The notes under the pieces were generated by a model that searched no databases, was not told the origin of the DNA, and saw nothing but the letters and a program-made list of their open reading frames with translations. This document shows, piece after piece, positions 8,994 through 19,512 of a stretch of DNA of 64,000 nucleotides; within the stretch, counting starts at the first letter, position 1; every line of letters begins with the position of its first letter. The DNA is from SAR202 cluster bacterium (lineage in GTDB: Bacteria; Chloroflexota; Dehalococcoidia; Lucifugimonadales; VXLM01), in contig JAKUTR010000002.1 of the NCBI GenBank assembly GCA_022448725.1, positions 60,535 to 124,534 on the forward strand. Reading direction: 5' to 3'. The position numbers and the translations under genes are program-made.

Positions 8994-9400
8994 TGACATC
9001 AGTCCTCATTGGGGCCATCAGTGGCTTCGTTATGCTACTAATCTTCCTGATGGTTACTCCATTAATTATCTTTTCTCTTGTGAGAGACCAGTCCCATTGG
9101 TCCAACAAAGTCATCCGACGAGCGAAACCAATAACTTTAATGTTGTTGCTAGTCTTACTCGCGTATCCGATTTGTGGAGGTGTTGGAATTGTACTTAGTT
9201 TTATGTATGACTCAGCCAACAGTGACAACAACTACAGGAATCTGATACCCACGATCCTCTTGATAATTGCACTGCTATCCAGCATAACTTTTGCCATACT
9301 TTTCCGTCGGGTAGCTATCGGATTTGCTTTTATTTTGATCGCTTTCGTTGTCATATATGGATGGCTTTTGCCGTTGCTTCTTGATTTATCACGACGTTAG
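8993..9400 (+). CDS. Hypothetical integral membrane protein (about 4 TM helices)
   Basis: Strongly hydrophobic 135-aa ORF. Its start overlaps the ispE stop by 1 nt. I recognised no family. Confidence 0.45.
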   Translation: MTSVLIGAISGFVMLLIFLMVTPLIIFSLVRDQSHWSNKVIRRAKPITLMLLLVLLAYPICGGVGIVLSFMYDSANSDNNYRNLIPTILLIIALLSSITFAILFRRVAIGFAFILIAFVVIYGWLLPLLLDLSRR

Positions 9401-9470
9401 TTGTCCCTCAAAACAGTTCAGAACCAGTGTTATATACTACGCGGGCTTTTCACCCTTATTTTCACTATGA

Positions 9471-10343
9471 ATGGAGTCGCGCATGGATATGAGTAGCCTC
9501 CTTGAATCTCCCAGTATTACGACAGTCGCAACCGGCTTCAAGTTCACCGAGGGGCCTGTTTGGCATCCTGACGGCTATTTACTGTTTACTGAAATCGGTG
9601 ACCCATGGCAAATATGGCGGGTCATACCTGGTCAACCCAAGGAACTTTATCGCGATAACACCAACCGTGCGACTGGCCTGACTCTCGATCTGAATGGAGA
9701 CCTCATTGCGTGTGAGCAAATGTCACGATCGGTAACCAAGATGGACCCATCCGGCACAATCTCATCTATCGCAACGCACTACGAGGGTCAACGGTTGAAC
9801 CGGCCTAACGACGTCGTCGGACGTAGCGATGGAAACTTGTACTTCAGCAATCGAGGTGCTGGAAGCTGGGAGGACGAGACTGATATCGAAGAGAACGGGG
9901 TCTACCGTATATCCCCAGGGGGCGAGGTTCACCAAGAAATTTACCCTTTCGAGGATCCGAACGGACTGGCAATCTCACCCGACGAGAAGATTTATTATCA
10001 AATTAACACCCGCCCCTCGGCACATATTGACGCATTCGACATTGCAGACGATGGGTCACTCTCAAACATGCGTCGTCTTTTCACTTTCCCAAAATCCGAT
10101 AAGCCCGGTTTCCCCGATGGTATGAAAATCGATATTGAAGGCCGTATATATGTTTCTGGACCAGGTGGACTCTGGGTACTAACCGCAAATGGAGATAAGT
10201 TAGGGGTTATAGAGTTCCCTGAGCAAGTGATCAACATGGGGTGGGGCGAAACAGATAATCAAACACTCTTTGTAGCAGCTATGACCTCAATTTATTCGAT
10301 CCGTCTTAGAACACCGGGTACATCAATACCACTTAGCCTATAA
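9471..10343 (+). CDS. SMP-30 / gluconolactonase / LRE family protein
   Basis: Has GFKFTEGPVWHPDGYLLFTEI, RPNDVV and PDGMKID beta-propeller lactonase motifs. Confidence 0.8.
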   Translation: MESRMDMSSLLESPSITTVATGFKFTEGPVWHPDGYLLFTEIGDPWQIWRVIPGQPKELYRDNTNRATGLTLDLNGDLIACEQMSRSVTKMDPSGTISSIATHYEGQRLNRPNDVVGRSDGNLYFSNRGAGSWEDETDIEENGVYRISPGGEVHQEIYPFEDPNGLAISPDEKIYYQINTRPSAHIDAFDIADDGSLSNMRRLFTFPKSDKPGFPDGMKIDIEGRIYVSGPGGLWVLTANGDKLGVIEFPEQVINMGWGETDNQTLFVAAMTSIYSIRLRTPGTSIPLSL

Positions 10344-10364
10344 TCCCCCCATCGGAGAAAATTA

Positions 10365-11438
10365 GTGCAGCAACCTCCCCAAGGCGCTTGGAGCGGCCAT
10401 GACCAGATGAAGCCAGCTGCGGAGTACGACATCCGCTACGGCCACAACTTGGTGACAGACACTAGTTCGAATTGGCGGGACTACATTGCTGTTACCTCAC
10501 CAACAGCGTTTAGCAAGGTTAAACCCATACTAGCTCAGCTACCGAAAGCCACCAGCTTCCCAGAAGCGATGGACTTCGAATACTTAGAAGGACTCACTCA
10601 GGACTTGCCTAATGCAAGCATGGTTGTAGGTATAGGTGGTGGGCTCGCTCTTGACGCAGCAAAGTACGTCGCTCTCAGGAAACAACTCCCACTGGTTCTT
10701 GTCCCCACGATTGTGTCCACGGGCGCGATTATCCACAGCGTCTTTGCGAAATGGGAGGGCCGGAATCTCGGAGATGCCGCTGAATGGCCTTGGATCGACC
10801 CTGAATACGTGTTGGTCGACTACGACGTCGTTCTATCTGCTCCATCCAATTTAAATATCGCTGGCATTGGTGACGTTCTGTGTACTTACTCCACAGTCTG
10901 TGAATGGAAACGCCATACAAGACTGGGTAATGGAGAGCCTTATGACCCGAAACAAGCCGTCAGCATGTTTGACCATCATAAGGAGATAATAGAAAAGTTT
11001 CCGAAAACCTTGGATCAAAAGGGACAACTCACCGTAGAGAGTGTCGATGTAATAATGAAAGCGGTTCAAGACCGAGACGAACGCAATTTGCGGCATCCGA
11101 ATGCTCCAGCTGGTGACCATTCCTTCATAGTTGCAGTGGAGTTGGCGAACGACCGAAGCTGGGTGCACGGAGAATTAGCTGCTCTTGGAGCGGTCATAAT
11201 TGCGTGGCAGACCGGTGAAAAAACCAGCGAATTCATCGCTGATCTAGATAGGTGTAAAGTTCGCTGGAGGCCCCTCGCTATGGGTATGAAAGCCGATGAA
11301 TTACATAGGGGCCTGCGTGAGTGCATTAGTTACATGGGGGACACTTCTCGTGGACGCGACATGCACTCAGTTCTCAGGGAAGAGCCCGTCGTGGACGAAC
11401 GTTTTGAAGATCTTTGGGCATGGCGAGAAACCTTATAG
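10365..11438 (+). CDS. Iron-containing alcohol dehydrogenase / glycerol-phosphate dehydrogenase-like protein
   Basis: Has the VVGIGGGLALDAAKYVA nucleotide-binding motif of the Fe-ADH/DHQS-like superfamily. GTG start. Confidence 0.6.
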   Translation: MQQPPQGAWSGHDQMKPAAEYDIRYGHNLVTDTSSNWRDYIAVTSPTAFSKVKPILAQLPKATSFPEAMDFEYLEGLTQDLPNASMVVGIGGGLALDAAKYVALRKQLPLVLVPTIVSTGAIIHSVFAKWEGRNLGDAAEWPWIDPEYVLVDYDVVLSAPSNLNIAGIGDVLCTYSTVCEWKRHTRLGNGEPYDPKQAVSMFDHHKEIIEKFPKTLDQKGQLTVESVDVIMKAVQDRDERNLRHPNAPAGDHSFIVAVELANDRSWVHGELAALGAVIIAWQTGEKTSEFIADLDRCKVRWRPLAMGMKADELHRGLRECISYMGDTSRGRDMHSVLREEPVVDERFEDLWAWRETL

Positions 11439-11518
11439 TTAATAGCTAACGAATAACCCGGTATCACAGCCTACATTATGTCGATCCCAATGTCTGATCG
11501 ATCATCCTAAAAGCCGAG

Positions 11519-12670
11519 GTGAATATGAAAATAACGGACTTGAAATCATTCATCTACTGGGGCCCTTTACGAAATATTTTCATGGTGAAGGTTGAGACCG
11601 ACAACGGGTTGTACGGATGGGGCGAGGCCGGTGTTGCAAGTCGTGAACTAGCGCTCAAAGGAGCCGTAGACCATTTTCGAGAGTTTCTCATTGGAAAGGA
11701 TCCCAGACGCATCGGAGCCCTTTGGCAAGAAATGTATCGCGGACAATATTTTGAAAACGGCCGCATCCTTACGGGTGCTATCTCTGCGATTGACATCGCG
11801 CTGTATGACATTAAAGGTAAGTCCCTCGGAGTTCCTGTTTACGAGTTACTCGGAGGTACACATCGAGATTATATTCCCTGCTTTGCCACCTCGACGGTTG
11901 ACCTGGGTCCAGGGGTTGTAGAGGACGCTAAAAACCTGTTCGAACGTGGCTGGAACGTGATTCGCCTTCGCCCTGCCATGATAAAAGACGGTGTAGATAC
12001 CTTAACATTCGAACCCCGAGAATCTATTGCCGCAAGTGCTGAATGGCTGATCAATGTTCGGGAAGAACTGGGCCGCGAGGTGGTGTTGGGTATCGACTAC
12101 CATCATCGACTTAGCGTGGCAGAGGCAGCATCCTTCGGGCAGATGATGCCTAAACACACCTTGGATTTCTTGGAGGAACCTATCCGTGCCGAAACTCCTT
12201 CAGCATACAGAGAACTCCGTAGAATGATCGATATCCCCTTTGCCATCGGAGAGGAATTTTCAAGTAAATGGACGTTCGTACCTTACATAGAGGAAGGGAT
12301 CAGTAACTACTGCCGCCTCGACATCTGTAACGTAGGGGGCTTCACAGAAGCAATGAAGGTCGCTGGGTGGGCTGAAACGCACTACATTGACCTCATGCCA
12401 CACAACCCACTCGGACCAATTTCAACTATGGCGAACCTACATCTGGCTGCTGCCTCACCAAACTACGCCTGGCTTGAGGACATGAGTGAAGAAACCGTCT
12501 TTGATCCCTCCGCATTTCCAGGCAAGCCAGTGCTTGACGGTAATAAATATCTTCTACCAACTGAACCCGGGATGGGTATTGAGTTTAATGAAGATTTGGC
12601 AAGCGATGAATTCCATTTCTGGGAAGCTCCACACTGGAGAAAACGCGACGGTTCATATACGAATTGGTAA
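11519..12670 (+). CDS. Enolase-superfamily dehydratase (mandelate racemase/muconate lactonizing family, galactonate-dehydratase-like)
   Basis: The N-terminus MKITDLKSFIYW...VKVETDNGLYGWGEA is like DgoD-type dehydratases. The acidic metal-ligand regions GIDYHHR, LEEP and GEEF are present. Confidence 0.8.
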   Translation: MNMKITDLKSFIYWGPLRNIFMVKVETDNGLYGWGEAGVASRELALKGAVDHFREFLIGKDPRRIGALWQEMYRGQYFENGRILTGAISAIDIALYDIKGKSLGVPVYELLGGTHRDYIPCFATSTVDLGPGVVEDAKNLFERGWNVIRLRPAMIKDGVDTLTFEPRESIAASAEWLINVREELGREVVLGIDYHHRLSVAEAASFGQMMPKHTLDFLEEPIRAETPSAYRELRRMIDIPFAIGEEFSSKWTFVPYIEEGISNYCRLDICNVGGFTEAMKVAGWAETHYIDLMPHNPLGPISTMANLHLAAASPNYAWLEDMSEETVFDPSAFPGKPVLDGNKYLLPTEPGMGIEFNEDLASDEFHFWEAPHWRKRDGSYTNW

Positions 12671-12706
12671 GGTTAGACCGTAAGGTCCCCCAGAGATACT
12701 CCAACA

Positions 12707-15598
12707 TTGTCACCTACAAAAATCGTATCCGCTGATAGTGCATCCCCTCTGGAAGAGGTTTGGGTTGCAATCGATGTTGAAACAACCGGACTAGACCCAG
12801 GTCAAGACAAGATTATTGAGGTGGCAGCTGTCAAATTTCAGGGCAACGACACCATAGATACATTCCAATCATTCGTTAATCCCAATACCACCCTGAGCCC
12901 GTTCATACGTCGATTTACAGGCATCTCCCAAGCAGAGGTTGACCACGCTCCTGAATTCCAAGTCGTCGGATCCGATCTGGTGCTGTTCATTGGTCCGGCT
13001 CCCCTTGTAGGTCACAATATCCGTTTCGATTTGAACTTTCTTGAGAGTCATGGGCTGGCCTTCAAAAACGCTCGCGCTGATACCTTGGAACTTGCGCACA
13101 TCCTTATGCCTGAGATTAAGGAGTATGGCCTCAAAAAGCTGGCCGAAGCTTTAAAGGTCAGTCAACCAAGGCCTCACAGGGCTCTAGACGACGCCGGGGC
13201 AACGAAGGACATATTTTTACAGCTGCTCGAGCGGGCGATGGACATGGATGAGTCAACCCTAAAAGAATTAAATCGGTTGGCATCATTCTCCTCACAATGG
13301 CCAGCCAGTTATGTCCTGCGCAAACTTGTACAAACGAAAGTAGGATCCCGTGCAAAGCCATCGTTAGACGCGCCCACGGTAGACCTGCAAGAACTGGCTA
13401 CGATTCGACGCCAGGAAACCCAAGATTCCCCGCAAGCATCCACTCAAAACTATGACCTGAGTCTGTTGCGTAACAGACTAAAAACTGAGAGGCCGTTACG
13501 AGCTAACCAAAAGAGAAAAAATATCGATTCTCGACTGGTCGAAGATCTACTTCAAAAGAATGGCCCTCTGTCGGACCAAATGGAGGGATTTGAGCAACGT
13601 AACGAACAAGTCGAGATGGCTTTAGCTGTCACCAAGACACTCAATGAGAATGGCCGACTCATCGTGGAGGCAGGAACAGGAGTAGGTAAATCCTTGGCGT
13701 ACTTACTGCCAGCCGCTCTCTACGCAGCCAAGAACAACAAAAGGGTTGTCGTTTCTACTAACACTATCAATCTCCAAGAGCAGTTGATGTCGAAGGACAT
13801 CCCTACAGTTGTAGACGCACTAGGGGACACCGAAGGTTTCCGAAAGGAGGAGTTTAAATATACGCTACTCAAGGGCCGCTCGAATTACCTGTGTCTCAAG
13901 AGGTGGTCTCTTATGCAATCTGCAAGTGATCTCAGTGAAGAAGAGGTCAAACTTGTAGCCAAAATATTTGTCTGGTTATCCAAAACATGCAACGGTGATC
14001 GGAGCGAAATTACCTTAGGCAGGAGAGGGCCGGAAGCTGTATGGGGTCGTTTATCTGCTCAGGGAGCCTCAGATTGCACAGGCCTCAATAGCGCCTGCTT
14101 CCTTCGCACAGCTCGAGGCAGGGCTCTCGAGGCACACCTAGTCGTCGTGAATCACGCACTCCTAATGACGGACTTGGTCGCTGGCGGCACCCTTATCCCT
14201 GAGCATGACGTCTTAATTATTGATGAAGCCCACCACTTAGAAGAGGAAGCTACCAAACAACTGGGCTTTCAGGTCAGCCAGACATCCGTTAACGAAGACC
14301 TTCAAACGCTCGGAAATCTAGTGAATACGATAGCATCCGTGGTGGGGAGGTCATTAGCGGTCGAAACCAGGAAACAGACCGTGCAAGAAACAGGAGACAA
14401 AATAGTAACCCTCCTGCCATCGGTCCGAGAAAGGTTGGGCGGCTTTTTCGGTACCGTCAGCACATTCTTGTATGAGAGAGAAGAAGTAGATCGCACAGTG
14501 CGAGTGAGCGCAGCAGTTCGGGAATCCGCGCGCTGGCCTGACTTCGCACTGCACACCGAAAACCTCACCTCTATTTTAGCCGATTTACTCAACACAATTT
14601 CGGATCTAAACATAGCGTTGCAGGACCTCGAACACGCTGAGATTCACAACTACGAGGGACTGCTAATGGAACTTAACAGTTCTGTGAAAACTATCAACAC
14701 AACCAAAGAGCATGTTCTGGAGTTTGGTAATAATCCCAAAGAGGACGGCATATATTGGCTGGATCGCAACCAACGCAGTGCAGACATTTCACTACATTCC
14801 GCACCCCTTCACGTTGGTTCGCACCTGATGACACACCTCTACGAGCGCAAGGAGTGTACGATCTTGACAAGCGCGACAGTCAGCGCAAACAGCACGTTCA
14901 ACCACATTCGTGAACGGGTTGGTTTAGATGATGCAGATGAGCTTCTTTTAGGGTCACCATTTGACTACCCTACGTCGGCGTTACTTTGCGTTCCCACAGA
15001 TATACCAGAGCCAACGGTATGGGAGTACCGTCATGAGACGCAGAAGGCAATAATCGACGCTGCTGTAGCTGCCAGTGGCCGTACTATGGTCCTGTTTACC
15101 TCCTACACATCATTGAACGAAACCGCGCGCGCAATACGAGGCTCGTTACAATCTCATGATCTCGACCTCCTTGCTCAGGGCACCGACGGCACCCCCCACC
15201 AGATACTAGGCCGCTTCCTGGAAAACCCCAGATCCGTCATTCTGGGAACATCTAGTTTCTGGGAAGGTGTGGACATAGCAGGGGACTCACTTCTGGTCCT
15301 TGTAGTCATGCGTCTCCCATTCTCAGTACCATCGGACCCCATTTTCGAAGCACGTTCGGAGCTTTACGAAAATCCTTTCACTGAATATGCTGTCCCCCAG
15401 GCTGTCCTCCGCCTACGCCAGGGTTTCGGTCGTCTAATCCGTACGAAACTAGACCGTGGTGTTGTAGTAATCTTGGATAAGAGAATTGTTGCGCGTAGGT
15501 ACGGACGGAGGTTCATCGACTCGTTGCCACCAGCAAGTCGTAAAAAAGTCCTAACCAACGATATCGGGGCCACAATCGGCGACTGGCTCAACAAATAG
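12707..15598 (+). CDS. dinG: Bifunctional DEDD 3'-5' exonuclease / DinG-family ATP-dependent helicase
   Basis: Exonuclease motifs are AIDVETTGL, GHNIRFDLNFL and HRALDDA. Helicase motifs are GTGVGKS (Walker A) and IIDEAHHL (DEAH box). A cluster of 4 Cys lies in the insert. TTG start. Confidence 0.85.
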   Translation: MSPTKIVSADSASPLEEVWVAIDVETTGLDPGQDKIIEVAAVKFQGNDTIDTFQSFVNPNTTLSPFIRRFTGISQAEVDHAPEFQVVGSDLVLFIGPAPLVGHNIRFDLNFLESHGLAFKNARADTLELAHILMPEIKEYGLKKLAEALKVSQPRPHRALDDAGATKDIFLQLLERAMDMDESTLKELNRLASFSSQWPASYVLRKLVQTKVGSRAKPSLDAPTVDLQELATIRRQETQDSPQASTQNYDLSLLRNRLKTERPLRANQKRKNIDSRLVEDLLQKNGPLSDQMEGFEQRNEQVEMALAVTKTLNENGRLIVEAGTGVGKSLAYLLPAALYAAKNNKRVVVSTNTINLQEQLMSKDIPTVVDALGDTEGFRKEEFKYTLLKGRSNYLCLKRWSLMQSASDLSEEEVKLVAKIFVWLSKTCNGDRSEITLGRRGPEAVWGRLSAQGASDCTGLNSACFLRTARGRALEAHLVVVNHALLMTDLVAGGTLIPEHDVLIIDEAHHLEEEATKQLGFQVSQTSVNEDLQTLGNLVNTIASVVGRSLAVETRKQTVQETGDKIVTLLPSVRERLGGFFGTVSTFLYEREEVDRTVRVSAAVRESARWPDFALHTENLTSILADLLNTISDLNIALQDLEHAEIHNYEGLLMELNSSVKTINTTKEHVLEFGNNPKEDGIYWLDRNQRSADISLHSAPLHVGSHLMTHLYERKECTILTSATVSANSTFNHIRERVGLDDADELLLGSPFDYPTSALLCVPTDIPEPTVWEYRHETQKAIIDAAVAASGRTMVLFTSYTSLNETARAIRGSLQSHDLDLLAQGTDGTPHQILGRFLENPRSVILGTSSFWEGVDIAGDSLLVLVVMRLPFSVPSDPIFEARSELYENPFTEYAVPQAVLRLRQGFGRLIRTKLDRGVVVILDKRIVARRYGRRFIDSLPPASRKKVLTNDIGATIGDWLNK

Positions 15599-15621
15599 AA
15601 CCCCGCGATTACCCCACAAGT

Positions 15622-16161
15622 TCAGTCAAGTTCCATCTTATAGGCCATAACCACAAAGTCGGCACGTGGTTCAAAATCGTACTTGGGTATACGTTGGAAC
15701 CCAAGAGCCTCATACATCTGCTGCGCCCTAGTCATGAGAGGAGTGGTATGCAAAGCAATTGCCATAGCATCTTGTTTCTTCGAACGATCTATACATTCTT
15801 CAATCAACGCCTTACCAATGCCACGCGTTCTTTTGTCCGGCCTAACGGCGACTAGTCGGACCCCTGTCCATTCCTGGGGCCATCGCGATTCCACTCGCTT
15901 CATGTAAGTAGGATAGAAAGTCGCAGATCCTACAATTACATTACCTTCAACGGCTACGATCAATTCGGACTCAACTGTACGGCTACGGACATCCTGCATA
16001 CTAGTGGAGTACTTTGTCCAATCGTCACAGGGCATTTGATGTTGGTACTCTCGGTACGCCGTTAGAATCAACCCCGAGACGTTGTCGTATTCCAAAGGAT
16101 CGGCGTCACGGATAGTAAGTTTGGAACCCATATTTGAGTATTGGGACATTGATGGTAGCAT
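15622..16161 (-). CDS. GNAT family N-acetyltransferase
   Basis: Has RLVAVRPDKRTRGIGKALIEE, the acetyl-CoA binding motif Q/RxxGxG/A. Confidence 0.8.
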   Translation of the reverse strand: MLPSMSQYSNMGSKLTIRDADPLEYDNVSGLILTAYREYQHQMPCDDWTKYSTSMQDVRSRTVESELIVAVEGNVIVGSATFYPTYMKRVESRWPQEWTGVRLVAVRPDKRTRGIGKALIEECIDRSKKQDAMAIALHTTPLMTRAQQMYEALGFQRIPKYDFEPRADFVVMAYKMELD

Positions 16162-16207
16162 GGGTATCTAAGTACTCTTAAGACACACATGAAAAAGGAG
16201 TCCGGGC

Positions 16208-16981
16208 TTGAATATTCTGAGATATGAACTTAGTAACAAAATCGCCTACGGTGTATTGGAGAATGACAACTCCATTAGGTCTATATCTGGATCACCTTTC
16301 AGTGATTTTTCGATTGGGGATCAAGTTGCCGAGTTAGGTGATGTTCGAGTGCTCCCTCCAGTAAAGCCACAAAAGATCATCGGCGTAGGCCTGAACTATG
16401 TCAAACACATTGAAGAAGTTGGACTGACTAGGCCTGCCTTCCCAATGCTGTTCATGAAGCCTCACACTGGCATCATAGGACAAGGTGACAACATAGTTCT
16501 CCCAAAGGAAACGAAACAGACTGAATACGAAGTCGAAATGACCATCGTTATTGGCAAGCCCGCACGGCGCGTTTCAATGGATGACGCCCTAGACTATGTA
16601 TTAGGTTACACCTGCGGTAACGATGTCAGCGAGCGCAGCATCCAGATGCCGGAAATGAAAATGGGCGCTATGTTGATCGGTAAAGGGTTTGACACTTTCT
16701 GCCCTATTGGCCCGACAATCGCAACAGATCTCGACCCTGACAACCTACATGTGGAAACTCGTTTGAACGGCGAAGTACGACAGAACGATAACACCTCCGA
16801 CATGCTCTTCGGCAGCTCCCATCTGGTTTCGTACATTTCGCAAGCCATGACCCTAATGCCAGGAGATATCATACTTACTGGCACTCCATCAGGCGTAGCG
16901 CCCATGAACCCAGGGGATACAGTAGAGGTAGAGGTGGAAGGTGTAGGGACACTGCGAAACCCATTGGTTGCGGAAAAGTAA
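16208..16981 (+). CDS. Fumarylacetoacetate hydrolase (FAH) family protein
   Basis: Shows the FAH-fold pattern: GVGLNYVKH, EVEMTIVIGK, GYTCGNDVSER, GKGFDTFCPIGP and PGDIILTGTPSGV. Confidence 0.85.
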   Translation: MNILRYELSNKIAYGVLENDNSIRSISGSPFSDFSIGDQVAELGDVRVLPPVKPQKIIGVGLNYVKHIEEVGLTRPAFPMLFMKPHTGIIGQGDNIVLPKETKQTEYEVEMTIVIGKPARRVSMDDALDYVLGYTCGNDVSERSIQMPEMKMGAMLIGKGFDTFCPIGPTIATDLDPDNLHVETRLNGEVRQNDNTSDMLFGSSHLVSYISQAMTLMPGDIILTGTPSGVAPMNPGDTVEVEVEGVGTLRNPLVAEK

Positions 16982-17191
16982 CCCCACTGCAAATCGACAC
17001 CCCTACTCGAATGTAAGTATGTAACTAAGATATAGAGGCTGTACTGGTTAAGGCTTGCTCAAAACAAGTGGTGTGCTCAATTAATGTAGTTGAAGGCTAA
17101 TGAAACATATTCGTGATTTTTTGTACAAATACGGTATAATGACCGGTGGCTTTGCGATGAAATTCGCGGCTAGCTTTAGTGAGGTCAATGG

Positions 17192-17662
17192 ATGAAAGTA
17201 CGTGAAACAAACCTTGCGACAGTAACGTTTGAACTGGATGTCTACGCCGAGACTGAACCTGATTTTGTCGACATAACTGACCGTGTCGTTGATGCAGTTA
17301 ACCAGTCCGGTATAAATAATGGCTTCGTGATAGTTTTTTCCAAACACACGACAGCAGCCATAATTATCCAAGAGCACGAACCGTTACTGTTAGAAGACTT
17401 GGGAAACACCCTGGAACGGATCGCACCGAAGAACGTTGACTACAGGCACAACGATTTCAACGTTCGTACCGTTCACATGCATGAGGATGAGTGCCCTAAT
17501 GGCCACTCCCACTGTCGACACATGATGCTTGGAACGAGTGAGAATATACCAATTATTGACGGTGCCCTTCCTTTTGGGAAGTGGCAACGTATATTCATGG
17601 TTGAGCTTGATCAAGAAGCTGAACAGCCTCGCAAAATCCTTGTCCAAGTTGTGGGTGCTTGA
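17192..17662 (+). CDS. YjbQ / UPF0047 family protein (secondary thiamine-phosphate synthase)
   Basis: Matches the YjbQ family through FVDITDRV...GFVIVFSKHTTAAIIIQEHEP...NGHSHCRHMMLGTSENIPI...GKWQRIFMVELD. Confidence 0.8.
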   Translation: MKVRETNLATVTFELDVYAETEPDFVDITDRVVDAVNQSGINNGFVIVFSKHTTAAIIIQEHEPLLLEDLGNTLERIAPKNVDYRHNDFNVRTVHMHEDECPNGHSHCRHMMLGTSENIPIIDGALPFGKWQRIFMVELDQEAEQPRKILVQVVGA

Positions 17663-17736
17663 CAAAGAAGGTCCGTGGACCTTAGCAGCGGAAATCAGTC
17701 TTACCTAACCACTCCCTGGATTATTGAAGGGGATTC

Positions 17737-18618
17737 ATGGCGACCTCAAAGGAGTTAGCCGAGGCATACCAGCACTGCGGCCGAATAACAAAAGCGGCGG
17801 CAACTAGCTTCTACTACGCATTCAAAACGTTGCCTTCCGTCAAACGCAACGCGATATATGCTACCTACGCTTTCTGCCGAATTAGTGATGACATTGCTGA
17901 TGAAGAGATGCCTCTAATTGAAAAAAAGCGCTTACTTCATGAATTGCGGGCTAGTCTCTTCTCCGAACCAAAAGAACCAATTAACGTTGCTGTTACCGAC
18001 ACGATCACCCAGTATGACATCCCCGCTGATCTGTTCGAACAAGTTGTTGACGGCGTCGAGATGGACTTGAATATCCACGAATACGAGACCTACGATGATC
18101 TACGCAAGTACTGTTACCTCGTAGCATCCGTGCCTGGTTTGATCTGCCTTGAGATATTTGGTTACAACGATCACCCGAAAGCTCACAAGTACGCTGTTGA
18201 CCTCGGTTACGCTATGCAGCTCACTAATATCCTCCGGGACGTCAAGGAAGACGTGGACCTAGGTAGGATTTACATCCCTCAATCAGAAATGCAACGGTTT
18301 GGTTACAGAAAAGAGGACTTGATATCTGGCATCGTCAATCAAGCGTTCCGGGACCTTATGAATTTCCAGATAGAGCGTGCTCGATATTATTTTGCTAGCG
18401 GGGTCAACCTGCTACCACTGCTTGATCAGGATTCTCGGACTTGTCCAGCAGTACTGATTGAAGTGTACAGTGGCATCCTAGACCGTATCGAAAAGTATGA
18501 CTATGACATCTTTTCACGCAGAATATCGCTAACTACATGGGAGAAACTGATCATAGTGCTCAAACTGTGGATCCCCAACATTGGTCCCCAACTGCTTGGA
18601 TGGCTCCGACTCTCCTAA
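17737..18618 (+). CDS. Phytoene / squalene synthase family protein
   Basis: Has SFYYAFKTLP, YAFCRISDDIADE (first Asp-rich motif), and ILRDVKEDVDLGRIYIP (second Asp-rich region). Confidence 0.85.
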   Translation: MATSKELAEAYQHCGRITKAAATSFYYAFKTLPSVKRNAIYATYAFCRISDDIADEEMPLIEKKRLLHELRASLFSEPKEPINVAVTDTITQYDIPADLFEQVVDGVEMDLNIHEYETYDDLRKYCYLVASVPGLICLEIFGYNDHPKAHKYAVDLGYAMQLTNILRDVKEDVDLGRIYIPQSEMQRFGYRKEDLISGIVNQAFRDLMNFQIERARYYFASGVNLLPLLDQDSRTCPAVLIEVYSGILDRIEKYDYDIFSRRISLTTWEKLIIVLKLWIPNIGPQLLGWLRLS

Positions 18619-18885
18619 CTATGAAGAAGTTCATTGTTTCACTGAGGATGGCGTCTCGTTAACAACAACTCCCCATCTCTCTGATCAGGATTGGGGAAGA
18701 ATCTAAAATCCTAGTCACTGATGAAGAGCTCTGTCCTATCACTATATCGGTGAGGTGCTTAATATCGGACTTGCCCATTACGGGTAATACTTGGTAACGT
18801 CCGGGGAAGTTTAACTATTAGATAACCAAATTACCTCAATGTTGGGTCCCAATCTGTAACGCTTCATGGTACTTGGAGTAGAAGG

Positions 18886-19512
18886 ATGTCGGAATTCACC
18901 ATATGGATAATAATTGGATTCATTAGCGGATCTGTACCATGGGCGCTAATCGTTGGCAGACTACTTGGACGGAATGATATCCGCGGTGTTGGTGATGGGA
19001 ATCCAGGCGCTACGAACGCTTGGAAATCAGGCGGATGGGTACCTGGCATACTTTCAATGGCTCTGGAAGTGGGTAAGGGGCTGATACCTGTCTACATAGC
19101 CATTCGTTACCTAGATCTCACTTCAGACACCACAGTACAACTGGGCCTAGCGCTAATAGCAATTGCACCGGTAATTGGTCATGCGTGGTCACCTTTCCTA
19201 AGATTTAAGGGAGGGAAAGCATTAGCAGCGTCTTGGGGATCTTGGATAGGTATAACCGATGGAGATGCCTTGCTAGTAGGATGTATTTTGTTGGCAATAA
19301 TGCATGCACTGCAGAAAAATCACGCCGTAACTGTCACTGCCTGCCTAGTGGGGTTTTTCCTCGTCTTTCTTCCCACGCACCAACTAGGGATGTGCATAGC
19401 ATCACTCTGGTTGATGAACATTATGATCGTCATCTACAAGCATCGACATGAGTATTCCAAAGGAATCATTACTCGTAATTGGATCATAAATATCGTCGGT
19501 AAATCTATATGA
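18886..19512 (+). CDS. plsY: Glycerol-3-phosphate acyltransferase PlsY
   Basis: Has GSVPWALIVGRLLGRNDIRGVGDGNPGATNAWKSGG and PFLRFKGGKA, which are PlsY signature motifs. Confidence 0.9.
   Translation: MSEFTIWIIIGFISGSVPWALIVGRLLGRNDIRGVGDGNPGATNAWKSGGWVPGILSMALEVGKGLIPVYIAIRYLDLTSDTTVQLGLALIAIAPVIGHAWSPFLRFKGGKALAASWGSWIGITDGDALLVGCILLAIMHALQKNHAVTVTACLVGFFLVFLPTHQLGMCIASLWLMNIMIVIYKHRHEYSKGIITRNWIINIVGKSI

Noticed and set aside
16982-17191. TPP riboswitch upstream of the yjbQ-like gene (the family is linked to thiamine salvage)
   Set aside because: There is no CTGAGA / ACCTGATCTGGATAATGCCAGCG-like elements in the 210-bp spacer.
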